This document shows, one piece after another, positions 1-10,383 of a stretch of DNA of 64,000 nt (position 1 is its first letter; each line of letters begins with the position of its first letter). The position numbers and the translations under genes were made by a program. Below the pieces are notes generated by a model. It ran no database searches, was not told the origin of the DNA, and saw nothing but the letters and a program-made list of their open reading frames with translations. Source of the stretch: an uncultured Candidatus Saccharibacteria bacterium (lineage in GTDB: Bacteria; Patescibacteriota; Saccharimonadia; Saccharimonadales; CAIOMD01); NCBI GenBank assembly GCA_903859365.1, contig CAIOMD010000006.1, forward strand, positions 22,152-86,151, read 5' to 3'.

Positions 1-1
1 T

Positions 2-163
2 CAATGGTTTACCTATTTTCCTCGCAATCCACTTGGCCGAAACATCGGAATAAGTTTACTCGTTTTTTCTATCTCACTCACATCAGCCTACCATCTAGAA
101 AGTTATTTTGTTGCATGGCCAAATGACCCTGATACAAAAGCTGTTTACGTGATAAAATCATAG
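2..163 (+). CDS. 3' end of a membrane protein (partial at window edge)
   Basis: Open frame QWFTYFPRNPLGRNIGISLLVFSISL...YFVAWP...VIKS ending in TAG at 161-163; contains a hydrophobic segment. Confidence 0.6.
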   Translation, partial: QWFTYFPRNPLGRNIGISLLVFSISLTSAYHLESYFVAWPNDPDTKAVYVIKS

Positions 164-194
164 TAGTAATACCAATGTTAATGAGGATATATCA

Positions 195-488
195 ATGAGT
201 AAAATGGAACAAGCAAAAATGCTAATGAAGGTTCGTAAGTTACAAAAAGAACTACAGAAGATGATTATTGACGTAGAGGCAGGTGATGGTGCTGTTAAAG
301 TTGAAATTACTGGTGAACAAAAGATTAAGAAAATCCATATCGATCCGGAGTATGTAGACCTCGATGATATCGGTCAATTGGAGCGATGGATCGAAGAAGC
401 GGTAAAAGATGCTATCGCACAAAGCCAAAAAATTGCAGCTGAAAAAATGCAACCAATGCTCGGTAACCTAGGAAGCCTAGGCCTGTAG
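195..488 (+). CDS. ybaB: YbaB/EbfC nucleoid-associated protein
   Basis: AGDGAVKVEITG motif, 97 aa, directly upstream of recR, GAGG RBS. Confidence 0.9.
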   Translation: MSKMEQAKMLMKVRKLQKELQKMIIDVEAGDGAVKVEITGEQKIKKIHIDPEYVDLDDIGQLERWIEEAVKDAIAQSQKIAAEKMQPMLGNLGSLGL

Positions 489-503
489 AGTCGTTTCTTA
501 ACT

Positions 504-1109
504 ATGAGTATTCTGCCTAAGGCACTTGAAAAAACAATTGATGCATTTGGCTCACTCCCAGGAGTAGGCCCTCGAACGGCAGAACGCTATGCGTATTGGG
601 CACTGAAAAATAACAAGAAATATGCGCTCACTATTGCAGACGCACTAGAATCAATACATGACAGTATCAAAGTGTGCCCTAAAACTTTTGCATTAATTGA
701 CAGCAACCTCGAAATATCTCCTTTATATACTGATACATCAAGAGACAAAACAATTGTGGCTGTTGTTGCCGAACCATTTGACATTGTTGCACTTGAAAAA
801 ATAGGAGTATTCCATGGCACCTACCATGTCCTCGGCGGACTCATTTCGCCGATTGATGGTATTAGTCCTGAAGCACTACACATTCCTGAACTTTTAAAGA
901 GAATCGACGAAGATAGCGTAAAAGAAATAATCCTCGCTACCAATGCCAGTGTCGAAGGAGAAACCACAGCAATGTATATACAGCAACAAATAGAAAACAA
1001 GGATATAACACTCACTCGATTAGCCCGGGGTCTTCCCATTGGTGTCGATCTAGAATATGCTGATCATATAACTTTACAACGTGCACTAGAAGGACGAACA
1101 AACGTATGA
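504..1109 (+). CDS. recR: Recombination mediator RecR
   Basis: LPGVGPRTAER HhH, YHVLGGLISPIDG, ATNASVEGETTA and LARGLPIGVDLEYAD; zinc-finger cysteines largely lost. Confidence 0.97.
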   Translation: MSILPKALEKTIDAFGSLPGVGPRTAERYAYWALKNNKKYALTIADALESIHDSIKVCPKTFALIDSNLEISPLYTDTSRDKTIVAVVAEPFDIVALEKIGVFHGTYHVLGGLISPIDGISPEALHIPELLKRIDEDSVKEIILATNASVEGETTAMYIQQQIENKDITLTRLARGLPIGVDLEYADHITLQRALEGRTNV

Positions 1110-2110
1110 CAAATAAAAAAACAATCACTGAAATCGAAACATTTATAAAAACCCATAGCCATTTTCTTATTGTTCAAGCTGATAACCCTGACGGCGACAG
1201 TCTCGGATCAGCACTCGCCCTCGAACACATACTTGGAGATATGAAAAAACAAACAAGTATGTACTGCGGCGTTGACGTGCCAGAATACCTAAAATTCCTT
1301 TCAGGTTGGGATCGTGTGTCCAAAACTATACCAACGTCAATCGATGCCGTTATTATTGTTGATACCTCTGCCCAGATTTTGCTTGAAAACCTTGCGGCTG
1401 CTCCTGAGTATCCTTGGGTTGCTTCAAAACCTACTCTAATTTTAGACCACCATAGTGAAGTTATTTGTGATATTCCACAAGCTTCGATTATTCTTTGTGA
1501 TAATTCCTATGTCTCAACTGGTGAACTTATATATGAAATAGGGAAAACTCTACACTGGAAGATGTCCGTTGCTGCTCAAGAGAAGATTATGCAGAGTATT
1601 CTCTCAGATACGTTAGGTTTATCGACTGAAGCCACCACGGCTATAACATATAGAAGAATGGCAGAGATGCTTGAAGCTGGGGTGGATAGATATGCCCTCG
1701 ATGAAAGTCGTAAATTGCTATCAAAAATGGATCGATCAGTTTATTTGTTTAAAGCAGATCTTATCAAAAGAACTGAATTTTATGGTGATAACAAGGAAGT
1801 AGCCCTTGTTGTAATTCCCGAGGATGAGCTGTATGGCGTTGGTACATTGTATAACCCAGCCCCGCTTATACTTAATGAGATGACTATGGTTGAGGGTGTT
1901 AAGATGGCAATCGTAATTAAACGGTATAAAAATAGAGTGACCGGGGCGCTTCGTGCCACATCGCAATCTCCTGTGGCAAATAAAATTGCAACAGTCTTTG
2001 GCGGTGGCGGACACCCTTACGCTGCTGGTTTTAAAATGGATGCAACTCCAAGTAGTTTTTCAGATATTAAAAGTGATATTATTCGAAAAACTCTTGAATT
2101 GATACAATAA
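1106..2110 (+). CDS. DHH/DHHA1 phosphoesterase (NrnA-like oligoribonuclease/pAp phosphatase)
   Basis: NPDGDSLGS, IIVDT, LDHH, SDT and GGGGHPYAAG motifs. Confidence 0.9.
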   Translation: MTNKKTITEIETFIKTHSHFLIVQADNPDGDSLGSALALEHILGDMKKQTSMYCGVDVPEYLKFLSGWDRVSKTIPTSIDAVIIVDTSAQILLENLAAAPEYPWVASKPTLILDHHSEVICDIPQASIILCDNSYVSTGELIYEIGKTLHWKMSVAAQEKIMQSILSDTLGLSTEATTAITYRRMAEMLEAGVDRYALDESRKLLSKMDRSVYLFKADLIKRTEFYGDNKEVALVVIPEDELYGVGTLYNPAPLILNEMTMVEGVKMAIVIKRYKNRVTGALRATSQSPVANKIATVFGGGGHPYAAGFKMDATPSSFSDIKSDIIRKTLELIQ

Positions 2111-2115
2111 AGGTA

Positions 2116-3534
2116 ATGCTTCGATTCTATAATACCCCCTCGCACTTATACGAGCCTTTTGCACCTATTGCAAGTGGAACAGTCTCAATCTATACCTGTG
2201 GGCCAACAGTATACGATTATTTACACGTTGGTAACTGGTCTTCCTACGTACGCTGGGATATATTGGTACGTACCTTAACGCTAAGTGGATACAATGTTAA
2301 CCGAGTGATGAATATAACTGACGTCGGCCATTTAGTGAGTGATGAGGACGAGGGACAGGACAAAATGGTGAAGAGTGCATTAAAGCACAAAAAAACAGCG
2401 TGGGAGCTTGCCCGGTATTACTCAGATGATTTTATGGCTGGCATGGATAAGCTTCATTTAGTGCAACCACAACACATAACAAAAGCTACCGATTTCATTG
2501 ATGAGCAACTTACCTTTATTCGTGAGTTGAAGGATAAGGGAGTAACGTATCAAATTGATGATGGGATTTATTTCGATACTGCAAAATTTCCCAACTATGC
2601 ATCCTTTGCTCGGCTCGATCTTGAGCATCTAAAGGATGGCGCGCGGATAACGCCTAATCCTCAAAAAAGAAATCCTTCAGATTTTGCGTTGTGGAAGTTT
2701 AGTCCAAAGCATGAAAAACGGGATATGGAATGGGATACACCAAAAGATATAGTAGAAGGAACGTCTAAGAAAGGTTTTCCTGGATGGCACCTTGAATGTT
2801 CAGCCATGATACTGAAGAAACTTGGCAAAACAATCGATATCCATACGGGAGGGATAGACCATATTCCCGTTCATCATACAAATGAAATAGCACAAAGTGA
2901 AACCCTGACAGGAAAACCACTGGCACATTATTGGCTCCATAATAACTTCTTACTTGTTAATGGAACGAAAGTAAGCAAAAGTTTAGGTAATTCTATACTT
3001 CTTAGTGAAATTGAAAAAAAGAACATCGATCTTATGGCCTTTAAGTTATTTGTCCTACAAAGCCATTACCGAACAGAATCAAACTTTACTTGGGAAAATC
3101 TTGTCGCTGCAAATAATAGGCTGAATAACTGGGCCAGTATTATTGAACGAAAATGGCAAGTAAACACAACTAGCACATCCGATTCAAAAGTTTCTGTTGC
3201 ATTGGCATCAGCACTTGATGCCTTACAACAAGATCTTGATACCCCAAGGGCACTCATTCACGTTGAAGAAGCCTTGCGGTACATCGAAACTCGGGGACTT
3301 GAAGCCAGTCCTGAAGATATTATGGAAGTTGAAGCATTTATCCAAAATGGTCTCGGGCTTTACCTACATTCAAGCGATATAACAGCAGGCCAAAAACTAA
3401 CTATAAAAGAGCGTGCCGATGCTCGAAAAAAAAGTGATTGGAAAACATCAGATCATCTTCGTGATATACTTAAAAACCAGAAAATACTATTAAAGGACAC
3501 CGACGAAGGACAAATATGGTCAAGACTACAGTAA
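2116..3534 (+). CDS. cysS: Cysteine--tRNA ligase
   Basis: YTCGPTVYDYLHVGN (HIGH), DFALWK, PGWHLECSAM, KVSKS (KMSKS). Confidence 0.98.
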   Translation: MLRFYNTPSHLYEPFAPIASGTVSIYTCGPTVYDYLHVGNWSSYVRWDILVRTLTLSGYNVNRVMNITDVGHLVSDEDEGQDKMVKSALKHKKTAWELARYYSDDFMAGMDKLHLVQPQHITKATDFIDEQLTFIRELKDKGVTYQIDDGIYFDTAKFPNYASFARLDLEHLKDGARITPNPQKRNPSDFALWKFSPKHEKRDMEWDTPKDIVEGTSKKGFPGWHLECSAMILKKLGKTIDIHTGGIDHIPVHHTNEIAQSETLTGKPLAHYWLHNNFLLVNGTKVSKSLGNSILLSEIEKKNIDLMAFKLFVLQSHYRTESNFTWENLVAANNRLNNWASIIERKWQVNTTSTSDSKVSVALASALDALQQDLDTPRALIHVEEALRYIETRGLEASPEDIMEVEAFIQNGLGLYLHSSDITAGQKLTIKERADARKKSDWKTSDHLRDILKNQKILLKDTDEGQIWSRLQ

Positions 3535-4196
3535 AAGAATCACATTTCACTGCCTATGAAATTCTAATCGCGCTCTTTATTACAGTGCTTATTGTAAGCA
3601 ATATCGCAAGTTTTAAAATAGTACATTTTTATTCACTTACTTTTGACGCGGGCACAATTTTGTTTCCTTTGGCATATATAGTCGGAGATATCATCACTGA
3701 GATATATGGGTTTAGAAAAATGCGAAGGTTGATCTATCTTGGAATAGCTATGCTCATTCTCATGACCAGTACATTTTATATTGTTGGATTGCTTCCACAC
3801 GCCAGTGATTGGACAGGGCAAGATGCCTATAATGCTATCCTTGGTGTTGTGTGGCGTATTGTAGGGGCAAGTATCACTGCACTTTTCTTCGGCGAATTTT
3901 TCAATAGCTATATTCTAGCTAAACTAAAAATTAAAACCGAAGGTAAGGGAATTTGGGCTCGAGTTGTGGGCTCAACAGCAATAGGTAGCCTCATTGACAC
4001 AGCCCTTTTTAGTACGCTTGCATTCGCAGGTACAATAAGTGGGTCAACCCTTATTCAATTAATTGCTACTGTTTACTTGGTTAAAGTTGTCTCTGAAGTG
4101 ATCGTATCACCAATTACGCTTCAGATTATCGCCTATATAAAAAGAACTGAAAATATAGATACCTTTGAATCACCAGCTCTAAGTTTAACCAACTAG
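3516..4196 (+). CDS. yhhQ: Queuosine precursor transporter (YhhQ/VUT family)
   Basis: Multi-TM protein, FPLAYIVGDIITEIYG motif, adjacent to tgt and queA. Confidence 0.9.
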   Translation: MVKTTVKESHFTAYEILIALFITVLIVSNIASFKIVHFYSLTFDAGTILFPLAYIVGDIITEIYGFRKMRRLIYLGIAMLILMTSTFYIVGLLPHASDWTGQDAYNAILGVVWRIVGASITALFFGEFFNSYILAKLKIKTEGKGIWARVVGSTAIGSLIDTALFSTLAFAGTISGSTLIQLIATVYLVKVVSEVIVSPITLQIIAYIKRTENIDTFESPALSLTN

Positions 4197-5432
4197 TTAC
4201 ATGAACTGCTTGTAGCTATCGCCATAATAGGCTGACAAGAATTTCTGCTTGTAGTCATAGTACGTATCATCGATTAGTGAGTTGCGTATTGCATCTACCG
4301 TGCTTATTACAAAATATTCATTATGAATAGTAGCAAGGGTGGCGCTCAGTATTTCATCAGCTCGAAATAGATGGTTTATATAGGCTGCTGTGTAATGACG
4401 ACACGTATAACATTCGCAATCCCTTTCAATGGGATTAAAATCGGTTGCAAACTTAGCATTAGTAATATTAATACGACCATTTTTAGTATAGAGCGCTCCG
4501 TTGCGAGCTTGCCGAGTTGGTGCAACGCAATCAAAGGTATCTATGCCATACTCAACACCAAGAAACAAGTCAGCCGGCTGTGCCCCCATACCAAGTAAAT
4601 GTCGTGGTTTGTTTTCGGGCAATGTTTCTGTGACCCATTTAACAACTTCAGGTATTTCTTGTGGTTCAAATACGCCGCCAATTCCATAACCGTCAAAATC
4701 TTTGGAACCTAAAAATGATGCACTTTGTTTTCTGAGATCTTCGTGCCGAGCACCCTGTACAACGCCATAGAGGGCCTGCAAGGGTTCATTTCGAGCCACA
4801 TGCTCATCATTGAGTTCCTGGTGACGTGTAAGGCATCTAAGAGCCCAATTATGGGTTCTTGTTAAACTATCTATCAAATAGCTTCGCTCAGAAAGTGGTG
4901 CTGGACATTCGTCGAATGCCATATGAATATCTGCTGCAATAAGGTGCTGTAATTCCATACTTGATTCTGGTGTCATAGAAAGTGAAGATCCGTCAATATG
5001 GCTTTTGAAAGTTACACCTTGATCGGTCACTTTAGCGAGCTGGTTTGAGGTTGCTTTAGCATTTTTTTTATCGCCTTTTTGACTGTGACTCACTGCATCG
5101 ATACCTTTATCATATGCAACCCCAAGGCTAAATACTTGAAACCCACCGCTATCAGTAAATGTTGGTAACTGCCAGTTCATAAATTTTCCAAGTCCGCCGG
5201 CTTGCTGCACAATGTCTGCACCAGGGCGTAACATTAAATGATAGGTATTCGCAAGCACTGATTGCGCACCGCTGCTAAGTATTTGCTCTGGCGTAAGTGC
5301 CTTAACGGTAGCTTTTGTGCCGCCAGCAATAAATGCAGGTGTTTTAATGTCTCCATGCGGCGTCGAGATAACACCAGCTCGAGCAAGTGTGTCGCCAAAT
5401 CTTTTTTCAATTTTAAATGAGAATGATGCCAT
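4197..5432 (-). CDS. tgt: tRNA-guanine transglycosylase
   Basis: TPHGDIKTPAF, NTYHL, TDSGGFQVFSL, FDEC, VVQG, DTFDCVAPTR, CECYTC...H zinc site. Confidence 0.97.
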   Translation of the reverse strand: MASFSFKIEKRFGDTLARAGVISTPHGDIKTPAFIAGGTKATVKALTPEQILSSGAQSVLANTYHLMLRPGADIVQQAGGLGKFMNWQLPTFTDSGGFQVFSLGVAYDKGIDAVSHSQKGDKKNAKATSNQLAKVTDQGVTFKSHIDGSSLSMTPESSMELQHLIAADIHMAFDECPAPLSERSYLIDSLTRTHNWALRCLTRHQELNDEHVARNEPLQALYGVVQGARHEDLRKQSASFLGSKDFDGYGIGGVFEPQEIPEVVKWVTETLPENKPRHLLGMGAQPADLFLGVEYGIDTFDCVAPTRQARNGALYTKNGRINITNAKFATDFNPIERDCECYTCRHYTAAYINHLFRADEILSATLATIHNEYFVISTVDAIRNSLIDDTYYDYKQKFLSAYYGDSYKQFM

Positions 5433-5467
5433 TGGTAGTAATTGTAACAGAGAAAAGTGCGATGTAA

Positions 5468-6499
5468 CTAGTAAATAACCATACTGTCGCCGTAACTCAA
5501 AAAGGAATAATGAGTGGCGGTGGCATGATTATATGCAGGCAGCAGATGTTCCCAGCCAGCAAAGGCGGCAGTAAGCATTAAGACTGTACTTCTCGGTGCA
5601 TGAAAATTCGTTATGATGCCATCGATTACCTTGAACGAATAACCAGGATAAATAAATATATCGGCGTCCCCGTGTTTATCGACAGCAGGATCATCACTTA
5701 CTATATAATCTCCGGTATATTCAAGCGTTCTGGTTATGGTAGTTCCAAGAGCAAAAACTCGTTTATTATGCTTCTTTGCATCACGAATGGAAGTAATCGT
5801 TTCTTTTGGCAACACAAAAAATTCTTTATGCATGGTATGAGTGGCAACATCATCAACTCGTATTGGTAAAAATGTGCCAAGGCCAACATGCAAGGTTGCA
5901 TAACAAACCTTAATACCTTTATTTTCAATTTCCCTCAGTGCTTCAGCAGTCATATTAAGACTAGCCGTTGGAGCCGCCACTGACCCAGCATCATCTGCCC
6001 AGACTGTTTGGTACCGTTCAATATCTTGTTCCGTTGCCTCACGTCGCATGTAAGGTGGAAGGGGAACGGTGCCGATTTCTTGAGATAGTTCGAGTAAATC
6101 TTTTTCTGATTTAATTTGTGCTATGCCGTCACCTAAAATTTCTTCTACTTCGAGTGCATAGGCGCCAACTGTTAAAATATCTCCTTTAGAAATCTTTTTC
6201 CGATAGAGCACTTTATGATAATGCCAGTCGTCAGTTGTGCCATGTTTTTCAATAAGAATCAGTTCTCGGGTTGCTCCATTTGCTTTTTGTGCTTTAATTC
6301 GAGCTTTGATGACCCTAGTATCGTTAAGCACTAATACATCCCCTGGATGTAAAAAATCTATAAGGTCTGTATATAGGCCATCAGAGTATTCACCCGTTTT
6401 TTTGTTGAGCGCGAGAAGGCGTGAAGAACCTCGAATATCGGGTGGAACGTCAGCAATAAGGTTATCATCAAGGTGGTAATCAAAATCACTTGTTTTCAT
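5468..6499 (-). CDS. queA: S-adenosylmethionine:tRNA ribosyltransferase-isomerase
   Basis: NDTRVIKAR, PLPPYM, GSVAAPTASL, TLHVGLGTF, TNFHAPRST, SYGDSM; start placed at MKTSDFDY. Confidence 0.97.
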   Translation of the reverse strand: MKTSDFDYHLDDNLIADVPPDIRGSSRLLALNKKTGEYSDGLYTDLIDFLHPGDVLVLNDTRVIKARIKAQKANGATRELILIEKHGTTDDWHYHKVLYRKKISKGDILTVGAYALEVEEILGDGIAQIKSEKDLLELSQEIGTVPLPPYMRREATEQDIERYQTVWADDAGSVAAPTASLNMTAEALREIENKGIKVCYATLHVGLGTFLPIRVDDVATHTMHKEFFVLPKETITSIRDAKKHNKRVFALGTTITRTLEYTGDYIVSDDPAVDKHGDADIFIYPGYSFKVIDGIITNFHAPRSTVLMLTAAFAGWEHLLPAYNHATATHYSFLSYGDSMVIY

Positions 6500-7013
6500 A
6501 TCGTCGTACCCAATCATACATTATAATCGCGGCAGCTGCACCGACGTTTACAGAGCGTGTTGATCCATACTGCTCGATAGCTACAAGTGCTGTGCAGTTC
6601 TGTTTCATTTCATCACTTAAACCGGGTCCTTCCTGACCGAATACTAATATAGGATTATCAGGGAATTCAAATTGCATGAGTGGGACACTACCCTCAATAT
6701 TATCTATTCCTACTATTTTTTTCTTATTTTCAGCCGTCCACTTTAGGAAAGAATTAATTGTTGGATGGTGAAATAGCAGTAGATATTTTTCAGTTGACAT
6801 TGCTCCTCTTCGATTCCAATGTTTTTTTCCGATTATGTGCACAGATTCTACATTGAAAGCATTAGCTGATCGGACGATAGACCCAATATTAAAATCATGC
6901 TGAATATTTTCTATAGCGATGGACAAGGGCTTAGCATGCGATGAAAGCTCCTCTTTAATTGTTTCAACCGGTAAGTTTTTATACTTATCGACAAGATTCC
7001 TCGTATCAATCAT
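6486..7013 (-). CDS. SpoU/TrmH-family RNA methyltransferase
   Basis: NIGSIVRSA, FGQEGPGL and SVNVGAAAAI SPOUT motifs. Confidence 0.92.
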   Translation of the reverse strand: MIDTRNLVDKYKNLPVETIKEELSSHAKPLSIAIENIQHDFNIGSIVRSANAFNVESVHIIGKKHWNRRGAMSTEKYLLLFHHPTINSFLKWTAENKKKIVGIDNIEGSVPLMQFEFPDNPILVFGQEGPGLSDEMKQNCTALVAIEQYGSTRSVNVGAAAAIIMYDWVRRYENK

Positions 7014-7186
7014 GAAAGGTAATCCTTATAGAGTTTAAAGCCAATCCAAAGCCCAAAAATACTACCAACACCGCCTAAAAGAATACTTGAAAGATCGAAA
7101 AAAGTTGCATGCATAAACCATACAGGAATATATGAACCAAGCGTTCCAAAAATAGTAATCGAGAAATAAATTATAACTTTAGACAT
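7010..7186 (-). CDS. Small two-TM membrane protein (58 aa, absent from the ORF track)
   Basis: MSKVIIYFSITIFGTLGSYIPVWFMHATFFDLSSILLGGVGSIFGLWIGFKLYKDYLS; fills the gap exactly and overlaps the start/stop codons of both neighbours. Confidence 0.8.
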   Translation of the reverse strand: MSKVIIYFSITIFGTLGSYIPVWFMHATFFDLSSILLGGVGSIFGLWIGFKLYKDYLS

Positions 7187-8286
7187 CAGTGATAAAGCCT
7201 TTCTATATTTCGTCCGACGACTTCAATATCATATTGTCTAACGCTATGCTGTGCCCAGTCGTAGGCAGCATCTCTCGCTTCTTTATGTTCCATATAATAA
7301 TGTAAACGATTGGCAAATGCAGTCGCATCCCTAGGATCTATCAAAAGGTCAGGATGCTCGGACAACACAGTAGTGTATCCGACATTATTTCCACCGAGTA
7401 CTACGCGTGCACCCGCTGCCATCGCTTCAATAAGTACAATACCGAAACTTTCACCACCAGTACTAGGAAAAACTGCTATATCTGCTGAAGCGAGCAGGGC
7501 GGGTTTATCTTTTTCTTGCACAAAACCTACAAATTCAACATTCTTCAGATTAAGCTTACGAGCTTTTTGCTTAAGTTCGGCTTCAAGTGGGCCCTTACCC
7601 GCAATTGTTACATTGTAGCTGGCGCTATAGCGTTCATTGAGCTTTGCGAGCGCCTCAAGAAGGTAGCCACAGCCCTTTCTTTCAACTAACCTACCTAAGA
7701 AAACAACATGAAGTTTTTTTCTATATACAGGTTCATGATGCATTGCTTTTAATGAAACCGTGCAAGGAATAATTGTGCTTTGCATACGAAATACATCGAG
7801 AGCGGTTTTTTGTGCGGCAGTTGAATCAGAAATTATGTGATGAAATTTCTTAATAGTCTTTCTATTAAAGTAGGCTAAAGCATACGAACCTGCTTTTTGA
7901 ATCCAACTATCGGGAACAATATGAAATGTTCCAACAATCTTAACAGACGCAGGGGCGGCTTCTATTACTCGTCCTGCAAATAAAGGGCTGTAGGGCATCT
8001 GAACATGCAATACATCAAGTTGTAGTTCTTCTAAAAGATTTCGAATTGCACTCCTTGAAGTTGGTAATGGTATACTCAGGCGATTTTTATTAAAGCGTAC
8101 CCGAATATTGTTTGCTATTGAATGTAGATGTTTAATATCATCTCTCTTTGAAGCTCCCACAAGATAATGCACCTCGTGACCTTGGTTAGTTAGCCACGCC
8201 CCAAGACAAAGTACGTATTGCTGCACCCCGTCAGGTGTATCAAGGGTGTCATCAAGCAGAAGTCCGATTTTAAGTTTTTTGTTCAT
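7186..8286 (-). CDS. GT4 glycosyltransferase, PimA-like
   Basis: DGVQQY, GRLVERKG, GGESFGIVLIEAMAAG; start placed at MNKKLKIG. Confidence 0.9.
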   Translation of the reverse strand: MNKKLKIGLLLDDTLDTPDGVQQYVLCLGAWLTNQGHEVHYLVGASKRDDIKHLHSIANNIRVRFNKNRLSIPLPTSRSAIRNLLEELQLDVLHVQMPYSPLFAGRVIEAAPASVKIVGTFHIVPDSWIQKAGSYALAYFNRKTIKKFHHIISDSTAAQKTALDVFRMQSTIIPCTVSLKAMHHEPVYRKKLHVVFLGRLVERKGCGYLLEALAKLNERYSASYNVTIAGKGPLEAELKQKARKLNLKNVEFVGFVQEKDKPALLASADIAVFPSTGGESFGIVLIEAMAAGARVVLGGNNVGYTTVLSEHPDLLIDPRDATAFANRLHYYMEHKEARDAAYDWAQHSVRQYDIEVVGRNIERLYH

Positions 8287-9403
8287 GATGTTTCTTAGTG
8301 GATGTATATAAATGTAAATATTGCTCTGCAATCTTATCAAACGAATATCTAGGTGTTTGTTTCTTAGCCCATTTCTTCCAGACTGTTCTCATTTCTTCGT
8401 TGTAGAGCATTAACTCAAGCCGATGCATGAAATCTGTTTCACTCTTGGGATTCACTAAACTAATTCTCCCTTCATCAGTCATAACAGAAGCATAGCCAGG
8501 ATTATTACCGGCAACGACGGGAACGCCGAGTGCCATAGCTTCAAGTAGCACTATACCAAAGCTTTCCCCATACATAGCCGGAGAACAATACAAATCAGCA
8601 CTCTGTATCAATGCTACTTTTTGATTTTCAGGAATGAAACCTAAAAACGTAACATCAGGAATTCCTTCAGTTTGTACCAATTTTTCAAGTGTTGACCGCT
8701 TGACTCCACTGCCAGCAATGACGAGTTCTACGTCGTCATGGTTTTTTCTTAATTCATGATAGGCCTTGAGCAAGTAAGGTACTGCTTTTCGTTTTTCTAG
8801 GCGGCCCAAGTACAATATTCTTTTTTTACCTGAAGCTTTTGATATGTTTTTTGGGGTAAAGGTAGTCAGGTTAATTCCATTAGGAATAATAACCACGGGT
8901 TCATCCATTAATGACAGCACATACTCCGCGGCAGAATCAGAGACCGCACTATAGCCATCTATATAATTTAAAACTGATTTCGTATAAGGAATAACAATAT
9001 TTAAAAGAGATTTACTGACTAAGGTTGATGGGGGCGTTGCATGGAAAGTTGCTATATTAATAGCTTTTGATCGCATTAGTATTTGTCGAGACAAGACGGG
9101 CACCCACGGCTCGTGAAAATGAATAATATCAAAATTCTCTTGATCAAGTATCGCTTGAATCTCGACACCTTCTGCTTCAAATCCAAAGTCAACCATGGTG
9201 GCGAACGGGGTGTTAAGTTTCGTGCTTCTACCGAGTAAGATCATATTTTTGGGAACAGGTTGATTCAAATTTTTAGGTCGTGGAGTAATAATTTTTACGT
9301 CATGACCTAGATGAATAAGTTCTTTTGAAAGCTCTTGTACGATTTCCTGAACTCCTCCAGCAAACTGAAACATATTATATGGGCAAACGAGACCGATTTT
9401 CAT
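8270..9403 (-). CDS. GT4 glycosyltransferase, PimA-like (phosphatidylinositol mannosyltransferase family)
   Basis: MKIGLVCPY...GGVQ, HFHEP, ATFH, GRLEKRK, GESFGIVLLEAMA. Confidence 0.9.
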   Translation of the reverse strand: MKIGLVCPYNMFQFAGGVQEIVQELSKELIHLGHDVKIITPRPKNLNQPVPKNMILLGRSTKLNTPFATMVDFGFEAEGVEIQAILDQENFDIIHFHEPWVPVLSRQILMRSKAINIATFHATPPSTLVSKSLLNIVIPYTKSVLNYIDGYSAVSDSAAEYVLSLMDEPVVIIPNGINLTTFTPKNISKASGKKRILYLGRLEKRKAVPYLLKAYHELRKNHDDVELVIAGSGVKRSTLEKLVQTEGIPDVTFLGFIPENQKVALIQSADLYCSPAMYGESFGIVLLEAMALGVPVVAGNNPGYASVMTDEGRISLVNPKSETDFMHRLELMLYNEEMRTVWKKWAKKQTPRYSFDKIAEQYLHLYTSTKKHHEQKT

Positions 9404-9430
9404 ACCAATAGTATAGCATTCACTCCAGGA

Positions 9431-10348
9431 TTAAGATGATAGCATTTGGCGCGCTTTAAGCGGAATGAAAGGAGCAGCATCTTTCTTTGAACTAATTACA
9501 GTAGGTGCATGATTTGGCATGTGCGCCTGTGTTTCGCTTACGGAAGTATAAATCTGCTTAAGATTGGCAACAACAAGTTTGTGGTCAACATACTGATCAG
9601 AGTCGATTGATACATGTAGCAGGGGCACATCAATTACTATATGTGGTGTCTTAAGTTGTAGTACATCTAACGTAGCGAGAGTGTACGTACGGGGTTCGTT
9701 AGCCTGCCATAGATAAACCTCGTAATCGAGGCGCTTATTTAGTTCTTTCTTATCGGCATCCTTAAATTTAGGATGATTAGCAGCCTGGACTCTATAAATG
9801 GTTTTTAGAATAAAAGGCCTCAGAAAAACGTTTTTAAAAATCCATGATCGATATTTTCCATTAAATATTTTAAGGATTCCAACCCACGATATGTATTTAA
9901 ATTTAGAGACGATGAATTCATCCTGATCAGTAAGACCCGCCAGACTAACGACAAGAGTCATCTGTTTTTTTAGTTCCGGATGATTCTGTAAAAGATGGGT
10001 TAGAATTACGAAACCATAGCTCATACCAACGGCTTTAAACTTGGTAGTGCCATAGTGTTGTTTAATAAAATGGTAGATGTTTTCTGCAAGTGCATCGGCT
10101 GTGGGTTTTATTCCAATAGAATATAGACTTTGCATACCTCCGAAGCCAGGAATATCTGGAACCGTTACCGTGCCTTCATCAGCAATGTTTTCGATAATAC
10201 CTTGCATTCGTTCTATAGATGAATGCAACCCATATAACATCATAATCTGATTATCTGTTTTATCAGTATTGAATGACGGCATAACAAGTTTACGCCCCCG
10301 AAGACCTTGAACAGTCATGGGAGAAATAAACTTTGAAAACTCAGACAT
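9431..10348 (-). CDS. Alpha/beta hydrolase
   Basis: PDIPGFG, GMSYG nucleophile elbow, C-terminal Asp and His. Confidence 0.75.
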   Translation of the reverse strand: MSEFSKFISPMTVQGLRGRKLVMPSFNTDKTDNQIMMLYGLHSSIERMQGIIENIADEGTVTVPDIPGFGGMQSLYSIGIKPTADALAENIYHFIKQHYGTTKFKAVGMSYGFVILTHLLQNHPELKKQMTLVVSLAGLTDQDEFIVSKFKYISWVGILKIFNGKYRSWIFKNVFLRPFILKTIYRVQAANHPKFKDADKKELNKRLDYEVYLWQANEPRTYTLATLDVLQLKTPHIVIDVPLLHVSIDSDQYVDHKLVVANLKQIYTSVSETQAHMPNHAPTVISSKKDAAPFIPLKARQMLSS

Positions 10349-10383
10349 AGCTTTTAGTGTAGAACAAAAATCGTTCTTTTACA

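Noticed and set aside
8287-8340. N-terminal extensions in the ORF track (also queA, cheA, rplY, ZIP, malic enzyme and 36157)
   Set aside because: They overlap upstream genes or -10 boxes; downstream starts fit homology and promoter or RBS spacing better.
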